This document shows positions 37,363 to 47,147 of a stretch of 64,000 nt of DNA, piece after piece. Origin of the DNA: an uncultured Chthonomonas sp. (GTDB taxonomy: Bacteria > Armatimonadota > Chthonomonadetes > Chthonomonadales > CAJBBX01); NCBI GenBank assembly GCA_903885605.1, contig CAISJD010000192.1:1063-65062 (forward strand). The letters are read 5' to 3'. Position numbers and translations under genes: made by a program. The notes under the pieces are model-generated. The model ran no database searches and was not told the DNA's origin. It saw nothing but the letters and a program-made list of their open reading frames with translations. Position 1 is the first letter of the stretch. Each line of letters opens with the position of its first letter.

Positions 37363-38391
37363 ATGCCGCAGGAGTTGAGGGTGGGCCTCATCGGCTGTGG
37401 GGCCATGGGGCAGGCGCACGCCGATATCTGGCTCCGGACGCCGGGCGCGCGCCTGGCGGCGGTCTTTGATACCGTCGCCGAGCGCGCCGGGGACGTGGCC
37501 GCACGATGCGGTGCGACACCGTTCGGCGACCTGGCGGCCATGCTCGCCTCGGGCCTCATTGACGCCGTCTCCATCGCGACGCCGTCCGGCCTCCATGCCG
37601 ACCAGGGGCTTGCCGCGGCCGAGGCAGGCCACCATGTGGTCTGCGAGAAACCCCTCGACCTGAGCATCGGAAAGGCCGACTGCCTCATCCATGCCTGTCG
37701 GAGCCGGGGATTGGCCCTGGCCTGCGTGCTCCAGCGCCGCACCTTCGCGGGAACACAGGCCGTGACGCAGGCGATCCACCGAGGGCGCATGGGCCGGCTG
37801 CTCTCGTGCAGCGCCTCCATAAAGTGGTGGCGCTCGCAGGAGTACTACGACGCCGCCGGCTGGCGCGGAACCTGGGCGCTGGACTGCGGCGTGCTGGCCA
37901 ACCAGGCGATCCATGCCATCGATCACCTCTGCTGGATGGCCGGTCCCGTGGCCGAGGTGGAGTACGCCTGCCTCGGCACCGTCGGCCATGCCATGGAGGC
38001 CGAGGACCACGCGCTGGCCGTCGTGCGCTTCGAGAGCGGCTGTCGCGGCGTCATCGAGGCCACCACCTGCTGCTCGCCCGCGCTCTGCTCACGTGTGGAG
38101 GTCTACGGCCAGCGGGGATCCGCCTCGTTCGACGACGCGCAGGTCGTCTCCTTCGGCATCGACGGCGCCGACGCAATCGCCGAACTGCCCACCGAGACCG
38201 CCAGCCTGGGCGGCCGGGCCGAGCCCATGGCGATCAATATGGCCGGGCACGAGGCCATCTTCGCCGACTTCGTGGCGGCGGTCCGCGACGGGCGTCCGCC
38301 CATGGTCACCGGCGAGGATGCCCGCGCGGCCGTCGATGCGCTGAACAAGATCTACCGCATGGCGGTCCCCGGCCAGAAGCTGGGCACGTGA
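37363..38391 (+). CDS. Gfo/Idh/MocA-family oxidoreductase (cytoplasmic)
   Basis: GGAGGAGGG before ATG 37363. LRVGLIGCGAMGQAHA Rossmann start and the HVVCEKP motif. Confidence 0.8.
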   Translation: MPQELRVGLIGCGAMGQAHADIWLRTPGARLAAVFDTVAERAGDVAARCGATPFGDLAAMLASGLIDAVSIATPSGLHADQGLAAAEAGHHVVCEKPLDLSIGKADCLIHACRSRGLALACVLQRRTFAGTQAVTQAIHRGRMGRLLSCSASIKWWRSQEYYDAAGWRGTWALDCGVLANQAIHAIDHLCWMAGPVAEVEYACLGTVGHAMEAEDHALAVVRFESGCRGVIEATTCCSPALCSRVEVYGQRGSASFDDAQVVSFGIDGADAIAELPTETASLGGRAEPMAINMAGHEAIFADFVAAVRDGRPPMVTGEDARAAVDALNKIYRMAVPGQKLGT

Positions 38392-38451
38392 CCCCGCCGG
38401 GCGGTATGCTACCTGCACCGCTCCACCACTGCAAGCTTCCGGAGGCCCGCC

Positions 38452-40062
38452 ATGCTCACGCCCGCCACGCCGCCTGTCGAAACGCCCCGCCGGCCGAACA
38501 TCGTGCTGATCATCACCGACGACCAGGGCTACGGCGACGCCGGCTGCTACGGCAACGACCGGGTTCGGACGCCCAACCTCGACCGCATGGCCGCCGAGGG
38601 CGCGCGGTTCAGCCGGTTCTACGTCTGCCCGGTCTGCTCACCCACGCGGGCGGGGGTGATGACCGGACGGTGGAACTACCGCACCGGCGTGGTGGACACC
38701 TTCCTGGGCCGCTCCATGATGCGCCCCACCGAGGTGACGCTGCCGGAGTTGCTCCGCAAGGCCGGCTACCGCACGGGCCTCTTCGGCAAGTGGCACCTGG
38801 GCGACAACGCACCCATGCGACCCATGGACAAGGGCTTCGACGAGGCGCTCTGGAACAAGGGCGGCGGCCTGACCCAGCCCGCGGACCCCGAGGGGAACAG
38901 CTACACGGACCCGGTCCTCTACCGCGGCGCGCGGGCCGAGCAGCAGAAGGGATACGTTACCGACGTCATCACCGATGCGGCCCTCTCCTTCATGAAGCGC
39001 AACCGCACACGGCCTTTCTTCCTCTACCACGCCACCGTGGCGCCGCATACGCCGCTGGAGGTCCCCGACGCCTGGGTCGAGCCCTACCGCAAGGCGGGGC
39101 TGGACGAGGAGACCGCCCGCGTCTACGCCATGGTGGAGAACATCGACACCAACGTGGGACGCCTGCTCGAAGGCATCAGGGAGATGGGCATCGACCGGGA
39201 GACGCTGGTGGTCTTCGTAGGCGACAACGGCCCGGCGCACACCCGGTTCAACGGCGGCCTGCGCGGCCTGAAGGGAAGCCCCTACGAGGGAGGCGTCCGG
39301 GTGCCCTGCGTGGTGAGGTGGCCCGGATCGGTGCCGCCGGCCGTCATCGACACCGCCGGAGCCAACGTGGACCTGCTGCCCACGCTCGTGCAGATGGCCG
39401 GAGCCACGCCGCCGGACGGGCTGCGCCTCGACGGCCGGAGCCTGGCTCCCCTGCTCCGAGGCGAGAAGCCGCCCTGGACCGAGCGAACCCTCTTCTACCA
39501 GTGGCACCGCGGCGACGAGCCACGCCGCGGCGAGAGCTACTGCGCCATCGGCAGCCGATACAAGCTCGTGAATGGGACCGAGCTATACGACCTGCAAGGC
39601 GACCCGGCCGAGGCGCACAACCTGGCGGCGGAGATGCCCGACAGGGCGGCCGACCTGCGGCGGCAGTACGACGCCTGGTTCGACGACGTCTCCTCGCAGG
39701 GCTACGAGCCGCCGCGCATCCTGATCGGCTCGGACCGCGAGCGCCTCTCGACGCTGACGCGCCAGGACTTCCGCGGCCCGACCGCCTCGTGGGCCGAGGG
39801 CGCCGTGGGCTACTGGGAGGTGGAGGCGGCCGCGCCGACGCGGGTGGACGTGCGGGTGGCAATCTGGCCGATCACGACGACTGGACGCGTCCACGTGCGC
39901 GTGGGCGGCGTGGAGCGGGAAGCGTGGGCACGCCCGGGCGCCAAGACCTGCACACTGCGGTGGATTGAGATGGTCGGCGGACCGGCGCGGCTGGAAGCCT
40001 GGTGCGAGGCCGGCGGCAAGACGCAGGGCGCGCGCTACCTGGTGGTGCAGCGATCCCAATAG
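38452..40062 (+). CDS. arylsulfatase (formylglycine-dependent type I sulfatase)
   Basis: GGAGG 6 nt before ATG 38452. PNIVLIITDDQGYGD and the C-x-P-x-R signature VCSPTRAGVMTGR, plus GLFGKWHLG. No obvious signal peptide. Confidence 0.85.
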   Translation: MLTPATPPVETPRRPNIVLIITDDQGYGDAGCYGNDRVRTPNLDRMAAEGARFSRFYVCPVCSPTRAGVMTGRWNYRTGVVDTFLGRSMMRPTEVTLPELLRKAGYRTGLFGKWHLGDNAPMRPMDKGFDEALWNKGGGLTQPADPEGNSYTDPVLYRGARAEQQKGYVTDVITDAALSFMKRNRTRPFFLYHATVAPHTPLEVPDAWVEPYRKAGLDEETARVYAMVENIDTNVGRLLEGIREMGIDRETLVVFVGDNGPAHTRFNGGLRGLKGSPYEGGVRVPCVVRWPGSVPPAVIDTAGANVDLLPTLVQMAGATPPDGLRLDGRSLAPLLRGEKPPWTERTLFYQWHRGDEPRRGESYCAIGSRYKLVNGTELYDLQGDPAEAHNLAAEMPDRAADLRRQYDAWFDDVSSQGYEPPRILIGSDRERLSTLTRQDFRGPTASWAEGAVGYWEVEAAAPTRVDVRVAIWPITTTGRVHVRVGGVEREAWARPGAKTCTLRWIEMVGGPARLEAWCEAGGKTQGARYLVVQRSQ

Positions 40063-40066
40063 GCGG

Positions 40067-41581
40067 CTACGGCCGCAGCGCCACCTCGTAGGTCGTCACC
40101 GACAGGGGCGGGATCACGTCCTCGAAGCGTCCGCCGGATACGGCGAAGGCCGGCAGGGGCCGCTCGTCCCATGCGCCGTCTGGGCCGTCGTCCCTGGTCC
40201 GCCACGCCTGCACGGGCGCTCCGACCGTGCGGAAGCCCGCGAGGTCGAAGGCGTAGGGCCGGGGCTCCTTCGCGTCGTTGTGCACCACGAGGGTCAGGCG
40301 GCGACGGTCACGGCTCACGGCGGCCAGCGTCCAGTCGTCGCCCGAAGCCACCAGCTTGTCGCCGGGCAGGATGTGCGCGGTGAACTGGCGTATGGCCGCC
40401 AGCTTCTTCGTGGCGACGAACTCGCCGGGCTTGAGCGTGCGGCCCTTGTACTCCACGTCCGCGTCGAAAGCCGCAGCGAAGACGCCGTAAGTGAAGTGCC
40501 ACCAGAGGCAGTACTGCAGCGGCTCCACGGGCTGCCAATAGACCCAGGCGTCGCACCGCAGGTTCTTGATGTCGCTGACGATGGAGCGCGTATCGGGCAG
40601 GGCGCAGCGCATATCGTCCGGCGCGAAGCCCAGGTTCTCCCACTCGCGGTGGCTCACCTCGGACATCCAGAGGCGCTTGATGCCGCTCTTGCGCGCCAGG
40701 TCGCGCAGCCGCTTCTGCCAGTCCCAGTTGTTGTAGGCGTGGACGTTCAGGCGTCCGATCCAGCGCGGGTCCAGGCCGTCGCCCGGCGGCCTGGCTGACG
40801 GCGGGCGGAGCAGGTAGTCCAGCGTGGCGTGGCCGTCGGCCGAGCCGTTCTCGTCAGACGCGGCCAGGAGCCTGCGACGCCCTTCGCGGGCGATCTCTGC
40901 GTGGAGTGCGCGGATCACCTTCGCCTGCAGGGGGCGCTCGATCTTGCAGCCCTCCTGCCCGCCCTTGGCGCCGTCCCACCACCATGCTGAGGGCTCGTTG
41001 AAGGGCTCCACCGAGGCGAAGCGCACGCCGGCCTCGCGTTCGGTCCGGCGGGCGGTCTCCATGAGCCACTTCGCGAAGGCGCCGGCCTCCTCGGGCTTCA
41101 GGTTCTCCGCGGCCTTGTCCCCGCCGCGGCTGTTGCCGTTCTTCAGCATCCAGTAGGGCGGCGAGTTGGCGAAGAGCTCGAACGTGTCCGCGCCGAAGCG
41201 CTTGGAGAGCTTGAGGCACTCGATCTGGGCTCGGTCGCGGGCGGCGTCGAATGACCCGTCGCGCTCCAGGCAGGGCAGCACCCGGCCGCCGATGCGAAAG
41301 GGCTTGGGGTCTGCCGAGGGCTCGGTCCCGCCGGCGTTGTACCGCGCGATGGTGAGGCCCAGGCAGCCCGCATCGCGGGAGAAGAGGCGACGGCACAGCT
41401 CCGTCCGCGCCGCGTCGGGCCAACCCGCGGTGGCCACGGCCCACCAGCTGAGGCTCGTGCCCCAGCCCTCCCATCGGGCCACCTCCACGGCGGCGGGGTC
41501 GGGACGAACGGTGCGCGGCCCGGCGGCGGCGGGCGTCTGGCCGGCGGCAAGCATGGCGGCGATCAGTGGCAGGGCGAACAT
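40067..41581 (-). CDS. glycoside hydrolase family 30-like (O-glycosyl hydrolase), secreted
   Basis: Signal MFALPLIAAMLAAGQTPAAA. EGWGTSLSWWA, ARYNAGG, SPPYWM and SVEPFNEP are typical GH30 motifs, with a C-terminal beta-sandwich. Confidence 0.7.
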   Translation of the reverse strand: MFALPLIAAMLAAGQTPAAAGPRTVRPDPAAVEVARWEGWGTSLSWWAVATAGWPDAARTELCRRLFSRDAGCLGLTIARYNAGGTEPSADPKPFRIGGRVLPCLERDGSFDAARDRAQIECLKLSKRFGADTFELFANSPPYWMLKNGNSRGGDKAAENLKPEEAGAFAKWLMETARRTEREAGVRFASVEPFNEPSAWWWDGAKGGQEGCKIERPLQAKVIRALHAEIAREGRRRLLAASDENGSADGHATLDYLLRPPSARPPGDGLDPRWIGRLNVHAYNNWDWQKRLRDLARKSGIKRLWMSEVSHREWENLGFAPDDMRCALPDTRSIVSDIKNLRCDAWVYWQPVEPLQYCLWWHFTYGVFAAAFDADVEYKGRTLKPGEFVATKKLAAIRQFTAHILPGDKLVASGDDWTLAAVSRDRRRLTLVVHNDAKEPRPYAFDLAGFRTVGAPVQAWRTRDDGPDGAWDERPLPAFAVSGGRFEDVIPPLSVTTYEVALRP

Positions 41582-41713
41582 GGGACTTAGTGTAGCAGGC
41601 GAGCCGGGAGCCGCCGGCTGAAGCGGACGGGTATGGACGGCGCGAAGTCGCCTGCCGGTGACGCCATGGCGGTTGGGCAGGTGAGTGACCTATACTGAGG
41701 ACGGAGGCCAACC

Positions 41714-42871
41714 ATGACACCCGTGCAACTCGCCGCCGTCTACCGCCACGCGCTGATGGAGGATTCGCTCCCCTTCTGGTTCCCGCGATGCGTCGATGCC
41801 GAGCATGGCGGCTTCATCCACTGCCTGGACCGCGACGGCTCGGTGCTGGACACAGACAAGTCGATCTGGGCCCAGGGGCGCATGGCCTGGATGCTCCTCA
41901 CCCTTTACAACACCGTGGAGCGGAGGCCCGAGTGGTTGCAGTGGGCCGAGGCGGCGCTGGGCTTCCTGGAGCGCCACGGGTTCGACGAGCGCGGGCGCAT
42001 GTACTTCCACGTCACCCGCGAGGGCCGGCCCATCCGCATGCGGCGCTACGCCTTCAGCGAGTCGTTCGCGGCCATCGCCTACGCCGCCCACGCACGGGCC
42101 ACCGGCAGCGAACGGTCCGCCGAGAGGGCGCGGTCGCTCTTCCAGGCCTTCACGCGGTGGAGCTTCACGCCGGGGCTTATGCCGCCCAAGTTCACCGGCG
42201 AGCGCCCAACGGAGGGGATGCCGTCGCGGATGATCACGCTCGTCACAGCGCAGGAGCTGCGCCTGAACCTGGGCGACGGCCCCGACCTGCGCGCATGGAG
42301 CGACCGCTGCCTGGAGGAGATCGAGACCCTCTTCGTGAAGCCCGACCTCCGCTGCGTCATGGAGTGCGTGGCGCCGGACGGGTCGATCCTGGACCACTTC
42401 GACGGCCGGATGCTCAACCCCGGCCACAGCCTGGAGGGAGCCTGGTTCATCCTCGAGGAGGGACGCCACCGCGGCGACGGCCGCCTGATCAAGCTGGGTT
42501 GCGACATGGTGGACTGGATGTGGGAGCGCGGCTGGGACGCCGAGCATGGGGGCATCTTCTACTTCCGCGACGTCTACGGCAAGCCGGTAAGCGAGTATTG
42601 GCATGATATGAAGTTTTGGTGGCCCCATGATGAGGCGCTCATCGCCACCCTCATGGCCTGGAAGCTCACCGGCGAGGCCCGCTTCATGGAGCGCCACCTG
42701 AGGCTGCACGAGTGGTCCTTTCGCCACTTCGCCGACCCGGAGCATGGGGAGTGGTACGGCTACCTGCACCGCGACGGGAGCGTCTCAAACACCATCAAGG
42801 GCAACCTGTGGAAGAGCTTCTTCCACCACCCGCGGGCCATGTGGCTCTGCGCCCGGCTGGCGGCCGATTGA
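41714..42871 (+). CDS. N-acylglucosamine 2-epimerase (AGE) family isomerase/epimerase
   Basis: LPFWFPRCVDAEHGGFIHCLDRDGSVLDTDKSIWAQGRMAWML, EHGGIFYFRD and FWWPHDEALIA fit the (alpha/alpha)6 AGE family pattern. Confidence 0.8.
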   Translation: MTPVQLAAVYRHALMEDSLPFWFPRCVDAEHGGFIHCLDRDGSVLDTDKSIWAQGRMAWMLLTLYNTVERRPEWLQWAEAALGFLERHGFDERGRMYFHVTREGRPIRMRRYAFSESFAAIAYAAHARATGSERSAERARSLFQAFTRWSFTPGLMPPKFTGERPTEGMPSRMITLVTAQELRLNLGDGPDLRAWSDRCLEEIETLFVKPDLRCVMECVAPDGSILDHFDGRMLNPGHSLEGAWFILEEGRHRGDGRLIKLGCDMVDWMWERGWDAEHGGIFYFRDVYGKPVSEYWHDMKFWWPHDEALIATLMAWKLTGEARFMERHLRLHEWSFRHFADPEHGEWYGYLHRDGSVSNTIKGNLWKSFFHHPRAMWLCARLAAD

Positions 42872-42926
42872 CGGGCCGGCGACGCCTGTGCCAGACTCGC
42901 CAACCAAACGCCGGGGGGACGAACCG

Positions 42927-44231
42927 ATGACATCCAGCCGACGCTCATGGCCGCTCCACACGCGCATCCTCGCCGGCCTTCTCCTCGGGGCGCTGGCGGG
43001 CGGCCTGGCCCAGGCAATCCTCGGGCAGTCGCACCCCGGCCTCCAGTGGACCGTCAAGCAGGTGGCCCAGCCGGTGGGCCAGGTATTCCTGCGCATGATC
43101 TTCATGATCGTGGTGCCGCTGGTCTTCTCCGCCCTGGCCATGGGAGTGGCTGAGATCGGCGAGGCGCACCGGATCGGCCGGGTGGGCGCCCGGTCGCTGC
43201 TGCTCACGCTCCTGCTCAGCGGCATCGCGGTGGGGCTTGGGCTGGTGGCGGTCAACGCCGTACGGCCCGGCGACGGCGTCTCGCCCGAGCGCAGGGCGCG
43301 GCTGACGGCCCTCTACGCCGATGCCGACGCGGCGAAGAAGCGCGTGGACGACGCCAAGTCCAGCGTCACATTCGTGGATGGGCTCGTGGAGATCATCCCC
43401 AGGAACCCGGTGCAAGAGGCGGCTCGGGCGCTGGAGGGTGGTCTCCTGCCGCTCATGTTTTTCGCGCTCGTCTTCGGCCTGGCCCTGAGCGCCGTAGGTC
43501 AGGAAGCATCGGCGCCGTTACGGGCGGTGCTGAACTCGCTGTTTGCCGTGAGCCAGAGGGTCATCGACTTCGCCATGCGCCTGGCGCCCGTGGGCGTCTT
43601 CGCGCTGGTCTTCTCCACCTCCGCCACGGTGGGGGTCGAGGCCGTAGCAGCCCTGGGCAAGTACGTGGCGCTGGTCCTGGTGACGCTGGCCATCCACCTG
43701 ACGGTCACCTACAGCCTGGCGCTGCGGCTCATAGCCCGTCAGAGCCCGATCGACTTCTTCCGCCGGATTCGCAGCGTCATGCTGACGGCCTTCGCCACGG
43801 CCTCCAGCAACGCCACGCTGCCCGAGGCCCTCCGCGCCGCCCGCGAGGAGCTGGGGCTGCCCCGGGACATCAGTACATTTGTCCTCACCGTGGGCGCCAC
43901 GGCGAACCAGAACGGAACCGCGCTCTTCGAGGGGATCACGGTGCTCTTCCTGGCGCAGTTCTTCGGCGTGCCGCTCAGCCTGGGCCAGCAGTTGCGGGTG
44001 ATGCTCCTCGCCATCCTGGCAGGCGTGGGCACCGCAGGAGTGCCTGCGGGCTCATGGCCCATGATCGCCCTGATCCTCATGCGCGTCGGCGTGCCTGCCG
44101 AGGCCATCGGCATCGTGCTGGGCATCGACCGCATCCTTGACATGAGCCGGACCGTGCTGAACGTCACAGGCGACCTGACCATCGCCGCCTGCGTCAGCGC
44201 GATGGAGGAGCGGAGCGCCGCCAAGGCCTGA
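42927..44231 (+). CDS. dicarboxylate/amino acid:cation symporter (DAACS family)
   Basis: MTSSRRSWPLHTRILAGLLLGA..., SSNATLP, GATANQNGTALFEGI and NVTGDL motifs. The track ORF start at 42744 overlaps the preceding gene. Confidence 0.85.
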   Translation: MTSSRRSWPLHTRILAGLLLGALAGGLAQAILGQSHPGLQWTVKQVAQPVGQVFLRMIFMIVVPLVFSALAMGVAEIGEAHRIGRVGARSLLLTLLLSGIAVGLGLVAVNAVRPGDGVSPERRARLTALYADADAAKKRVDDAKSSVTFVDGLVEIIPRNPVQEAARALEGGLLPLMFFALVFGLALSAVGQEASAPLRAVLNSLFAVSQRVIDFAMRLAPVGVFALVFSTSATVGVEAVAALGKYVALVLVTLAIHLTVTYSLALRLIARQSPIDFFRRIRSVMLTAFATASSNATLPEALRAAREELGLPRDISTFVLTVGATANQNGTALFEGITVLFLAQFFGVPLSLGQQLRVMLLAILAGVGTAGVPAGSWPMIALILMRVGVPAEAIGIVLGIDRILDMSRTVLNVTGDLTIAACVSAMEERSAAKA

Positions 44232-44274
44232 CGACGCACGCAGGGCAGGCGCAGATGAAGCGAAGGAGACGCCG

Positions 44275-46644
44275 ATGCACGGACTGGCCGACGGCAGACG
44301 ACACACCAACCGACCGCGCATCGGCTTCGCATGGGTTACGGCCGCGTTGGCCTGCGCGACCGCCCCTGGCCTGATCCGCTGTGCAGGGGCGACGCCGGCC
44401 CGCGTCGTCTTCCTGGCGCCCGTGACGAGCCGGGCGTCGTCGGGCGATGACCTGTTCCTTGCCGCCGTGCCCGCCGCCACGGTGGCGGGAGGCAAGCCGA
44501 TCGTCTGCGCCGTCGACCCGGCGTCGCCGTGGCGGCCCGAACTGATCGACTATCTCGGCCGCTACAAGCCGTCACGCGTCGTCTGGCTGGGGCCCGCGCC
44601 TGCGGTTGCGCCGCCGACGACCATGACGCTGAAGGTGATCCCCGTAACTACGGCGATCGATGGCGCTTGCCGGTTGGCGGCTGCCTACTGGCGCAGGAGC
44701 GCCCGGGCGGTCGCCTACCGCACCGATGATCGCGCATCGGCGCTCGCCGCCTCAGTGCTGGCCGCACGCTTGGGCGCGCCGCTCTTCCCCTGTCCGCCCG
44801 GCGCCCTGCCCGAGGGCGTGCAGGCGAGCCTCGCGCGGCTGGGCGTCACGAAGCTGCTCTCGGTCGGCGCGCAGCCCGTGGCTCCGGTGGGCAAGGTCCG
44901 CTTCAGTGTGGAGCGCCTCCCCGATGCCCTGGCGGTCGCGCGCCGCCTCGCCACGGAGCGGCTGGGCGTCGACTATCTGGCGGTCACGCACCCGCTTGGC
45001 GGCGGAGTGGCCGATGCGCCGCGCCTCTCCCTCGCCGCCGTGTTGCTGGCCGCGGGCCGGGGCGGGGCGGTAGTCCCCCTGACGTTCGGCACCGTCTGGA
45101 AGCGGCGCTTCCCGGCCGGCGAGCCCGTCGCCACGCCTCCCGACGGCGCGCGGCCGAGCGCTGCGGGCCATCGGACCGGCACGGTGGACCTCGGCGCCCG
45201 TTGCGCCTTCGTCGCGGGCCAGGATGCAGCCGACGGCAGGTGGTGGGCCCAGTTTGACCTGGACGGCGACGGCCGCTTCGACGGCGTCGGTGAAAGCCCG
45301 ATCCGCACCGGCGGCGTGGTCGCGATCGGCGGCGCACGGTTCGTCGTCGATGTCGATGTGCTGGAGAACGAGCGCGGCAGGTCCGTCTGGCTGACCAGCC
45401 CTACGCCTCCCGACATCACCGAGCTGCTGGCGAAGTACCGTAAGGCCGTCCGCGCCCATCCGCGCTACCTCTGCCTGGTCGGCTGGCCCGGCGTCGTGCC
45501 TCTAGCCATCACAAGCGACGGGCACGGGGTGGACGCCGACGTCGTGACCGACCATCCCTACGCCCAGACGGACGCCGACCCGTTCGTCGATGTGGCCTTC
45601 GCGCGGTTCGTGGCCGAGGACGCGGCGGCAGGAACGCTGCTGGCCTGCCGGAGCCTGACCTTCAACGAGGTACGCGACCCCGAGCAGGGCGCGTCCTACG
45701 CCACTGCCGAATGGGCCGAGCAGAACGGCAGCCCGCTGGAACTCGCCGGCCTGCGCTTCGCCGGGCGCCACGACGGCGCATCGACGATCAAGCCGGGCTC
45801 GCCGCTGACCCGCGTCGGCGCGATCCTCCACGACTCGCACGCCATGTGGACCGTGCTGGGCAGCACCTACGCGTGGGACTCCGACGTGCTGCTGGCTCCC
45901 TGCATCGTCGTCTCGGGCGGCTGCTCTCCGGCGTCGCTGGATCAGGACGAGGGACGACGCTCGGTGGCGACGCGGCTGCTGCGCAACGGCGCGGTCGCCT
46001 TTGTCGGCGGTGCGCGGCGCTGCGTGGCCCAGAGCGCCCTCTATCGGTCCGAGCTGTGGAACGCGCTGCTCGACGGCCAGACGCTGGGAGAGGCGCACCG
46101 GACGGCGCTGAACCGCTCCATGGTCGCCATCCTGGAGAAGGGCGAACAGGAGCGCGGCTCCTACCGCTACCAGCAGGACCACTTTGCGGCGTACGGCGAC
46201 CCGGCGCTCGACCTGCGGCTGCGCAGGTCCGCGTCTGCTCCCGTAGCCCGCGTGAAGGTGAACGGAACGCAGGTGGAGGTGTCGGCCCCGGCCGCCCTGG
46301 CGCGCACGGAGTACGCCCCACTCCCCGAGTGGAAGTGCCGCTTCCCGAAGCTCTGGACGTGGAACGGCCTCGGGCTCGGCACGGAGTCGAGCTGGTGCGG
46401 CGACCGCTACGATGTGGATGACCTGCTCATGACCGTCGAGGTGCGCTCCAAGGCCCGGTACACCCGTGTCGAGCCGCTCGAGAAGGCGACCCCGCCTCTC
46501 GGCTGGACCGGCTCGTTCGCCGTCGATGAGCACGCCGACGGCACCCGCTCGGTCTACTGGCGCTGCCGCTTCACAAGCTTCGACATGACCACCGGCCAGG
46601 TCCGCAGCCAGGTCGGCAAGCTCGGCTTCCGGCTACTGCGGTAG
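44275..46644 (+). CDS. hypothetical secreted protein with gingipain/peptidase C25-like (caspase-fold) C-terminal region
   Basis: GAAGGAG 6 nt before ATG 44275. ...VVTDHPYAQTDADPFVDVAFARFVAED resembles the C25 'Ya..d.d..pd..vGR' segment. Candidate His (ILHDSHAMW) and Cys (VVSGGCSPASLD) are present. Confidence 0.5.
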   Translation: MHGLADGRRHTNRPRIGFAWVTAALACATAPGLIRCAGATPARVVFLAPVTSRASSGDDLFLAAVPAATVAGGKPIVCAVDPASPWRPELIDYLGRYKPSRVVWLGPAPAVAPPTTMTLKVIPVTTAIDGACRLAAAYWRRSARAVAYRTDDRASALAASVLAARLGAPLFPCPPGALPEGVQASLARLGVTKLLSVGAQPVAPVGKVRFSVERLPDALAVARRLATERLGVDYLAVTHPLGGGVADAPRLSLAAVLLAAGRGGAVVPLTFGTVWKRRFPAGEPVATPPDGARPSAAGHRTGTVDLGARCAFVAGQDAADGRWWAQFDLDGDGRFDGVGESPIRTGGVVAIGGARFVVDVDVLENERGRSVWLTSPTPPDITELLAKYRKAVRAHPRYLCLVGWPGVVPLAITSDGHGVDADVVTDHPYAQTDADPFVDVAFARFVAEDAAAGTLLACRSLTFNEVRDPEQGASYATAEWAEQNGSPLELAGLRFAGRHDGASTIKPGSPLTRVGAILHDSHAMWTVLGSTYAWDSDVLLAPCIVVSGGCSPASLDQDEGRRSVATRLLRNGAVAFVGGARRCVAQSALYRSELWNALLDGQTLGEAHRTALNRSMVAILEKGEQERGSYRYQQDHFAAYGDPALDLRLRRSASAPVARVKVNGTQVEVSAPAALARTEYAPLPEWKCRFPKLWTWNGLGLGTESSWCGDRYDVDDLLMTVEVRSKARYTRVEPLEKATPPLGWTGSFAVDEHADGTRSVYWRCRFTSFDMTTGQVRSQVGKLGFRLLR

Positions 46645-46673
46645 CCGCGGTGCCCCCCCTGGGAAAGACTGCC

Positions 46674-47147
46674 ATGGCCACGCTTCGCATCATTGAGCGC
46701 GAGATGACGGACGTTGAGTTCGCTCGCATGAACGCCGGGTTCGACGAGCATACGGTCGAGCATGGCGGCCGGGTCGAGGTCTCGGAGCGGTTCGGCTTCG
46801 TCGCTATGGACGGCCCCGCCTTCGTCGGCTGCTCCAGCGGGCTGGCGTACAGGTTCGACGCGGGCTACAGCCGGTGGTTCTACCTGTCGGACCTCTTTGT
46901 CGAGCAGCCCTGCCGCGGGCAAGGCCTCGGCGCCGCGCTACTCACGGCGCTGGAGGAGCGTGTAGCACCCCTGGGCGTGGAGGAGATATGGACGTGGACC
47001 GCCGGCTACGAGGCGCCCGGCTTCTACACCCGCATGGGGTACCGGGTCTTCGCGGAGATGGATCGCTGGTACCCCGGCGGCGAGAGCCGCTTCGGGTTCC
47101 GCAAGACGCTCGGGACCGGGCAGGCCGGAACAGGGAGATTCGCGTGA
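46674..47147 (+). CDS. GNAT-family N-acetyltransferase
   Basis: Acetyl-CoA motif A LFVEQPCRGQGLGAALLTALE, and later GFYTRMGYRV. GTG 46650 is an alternative start. Confidence 0.65.
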   Translation: MATLRIIEREMTDVEFARMNAGFDEHTVEHGGRVEVSERFGFVAMDGPAFVGCSSGLAYRFDAGYSRWFYLSDLFVEQPCRGQGLGAALLTALEERVAPLGVEEIWTWTAGYEAPGFYTRMGYRVFAEMDRWYPGGESRFGFRKTLGTGQAGTGRFA

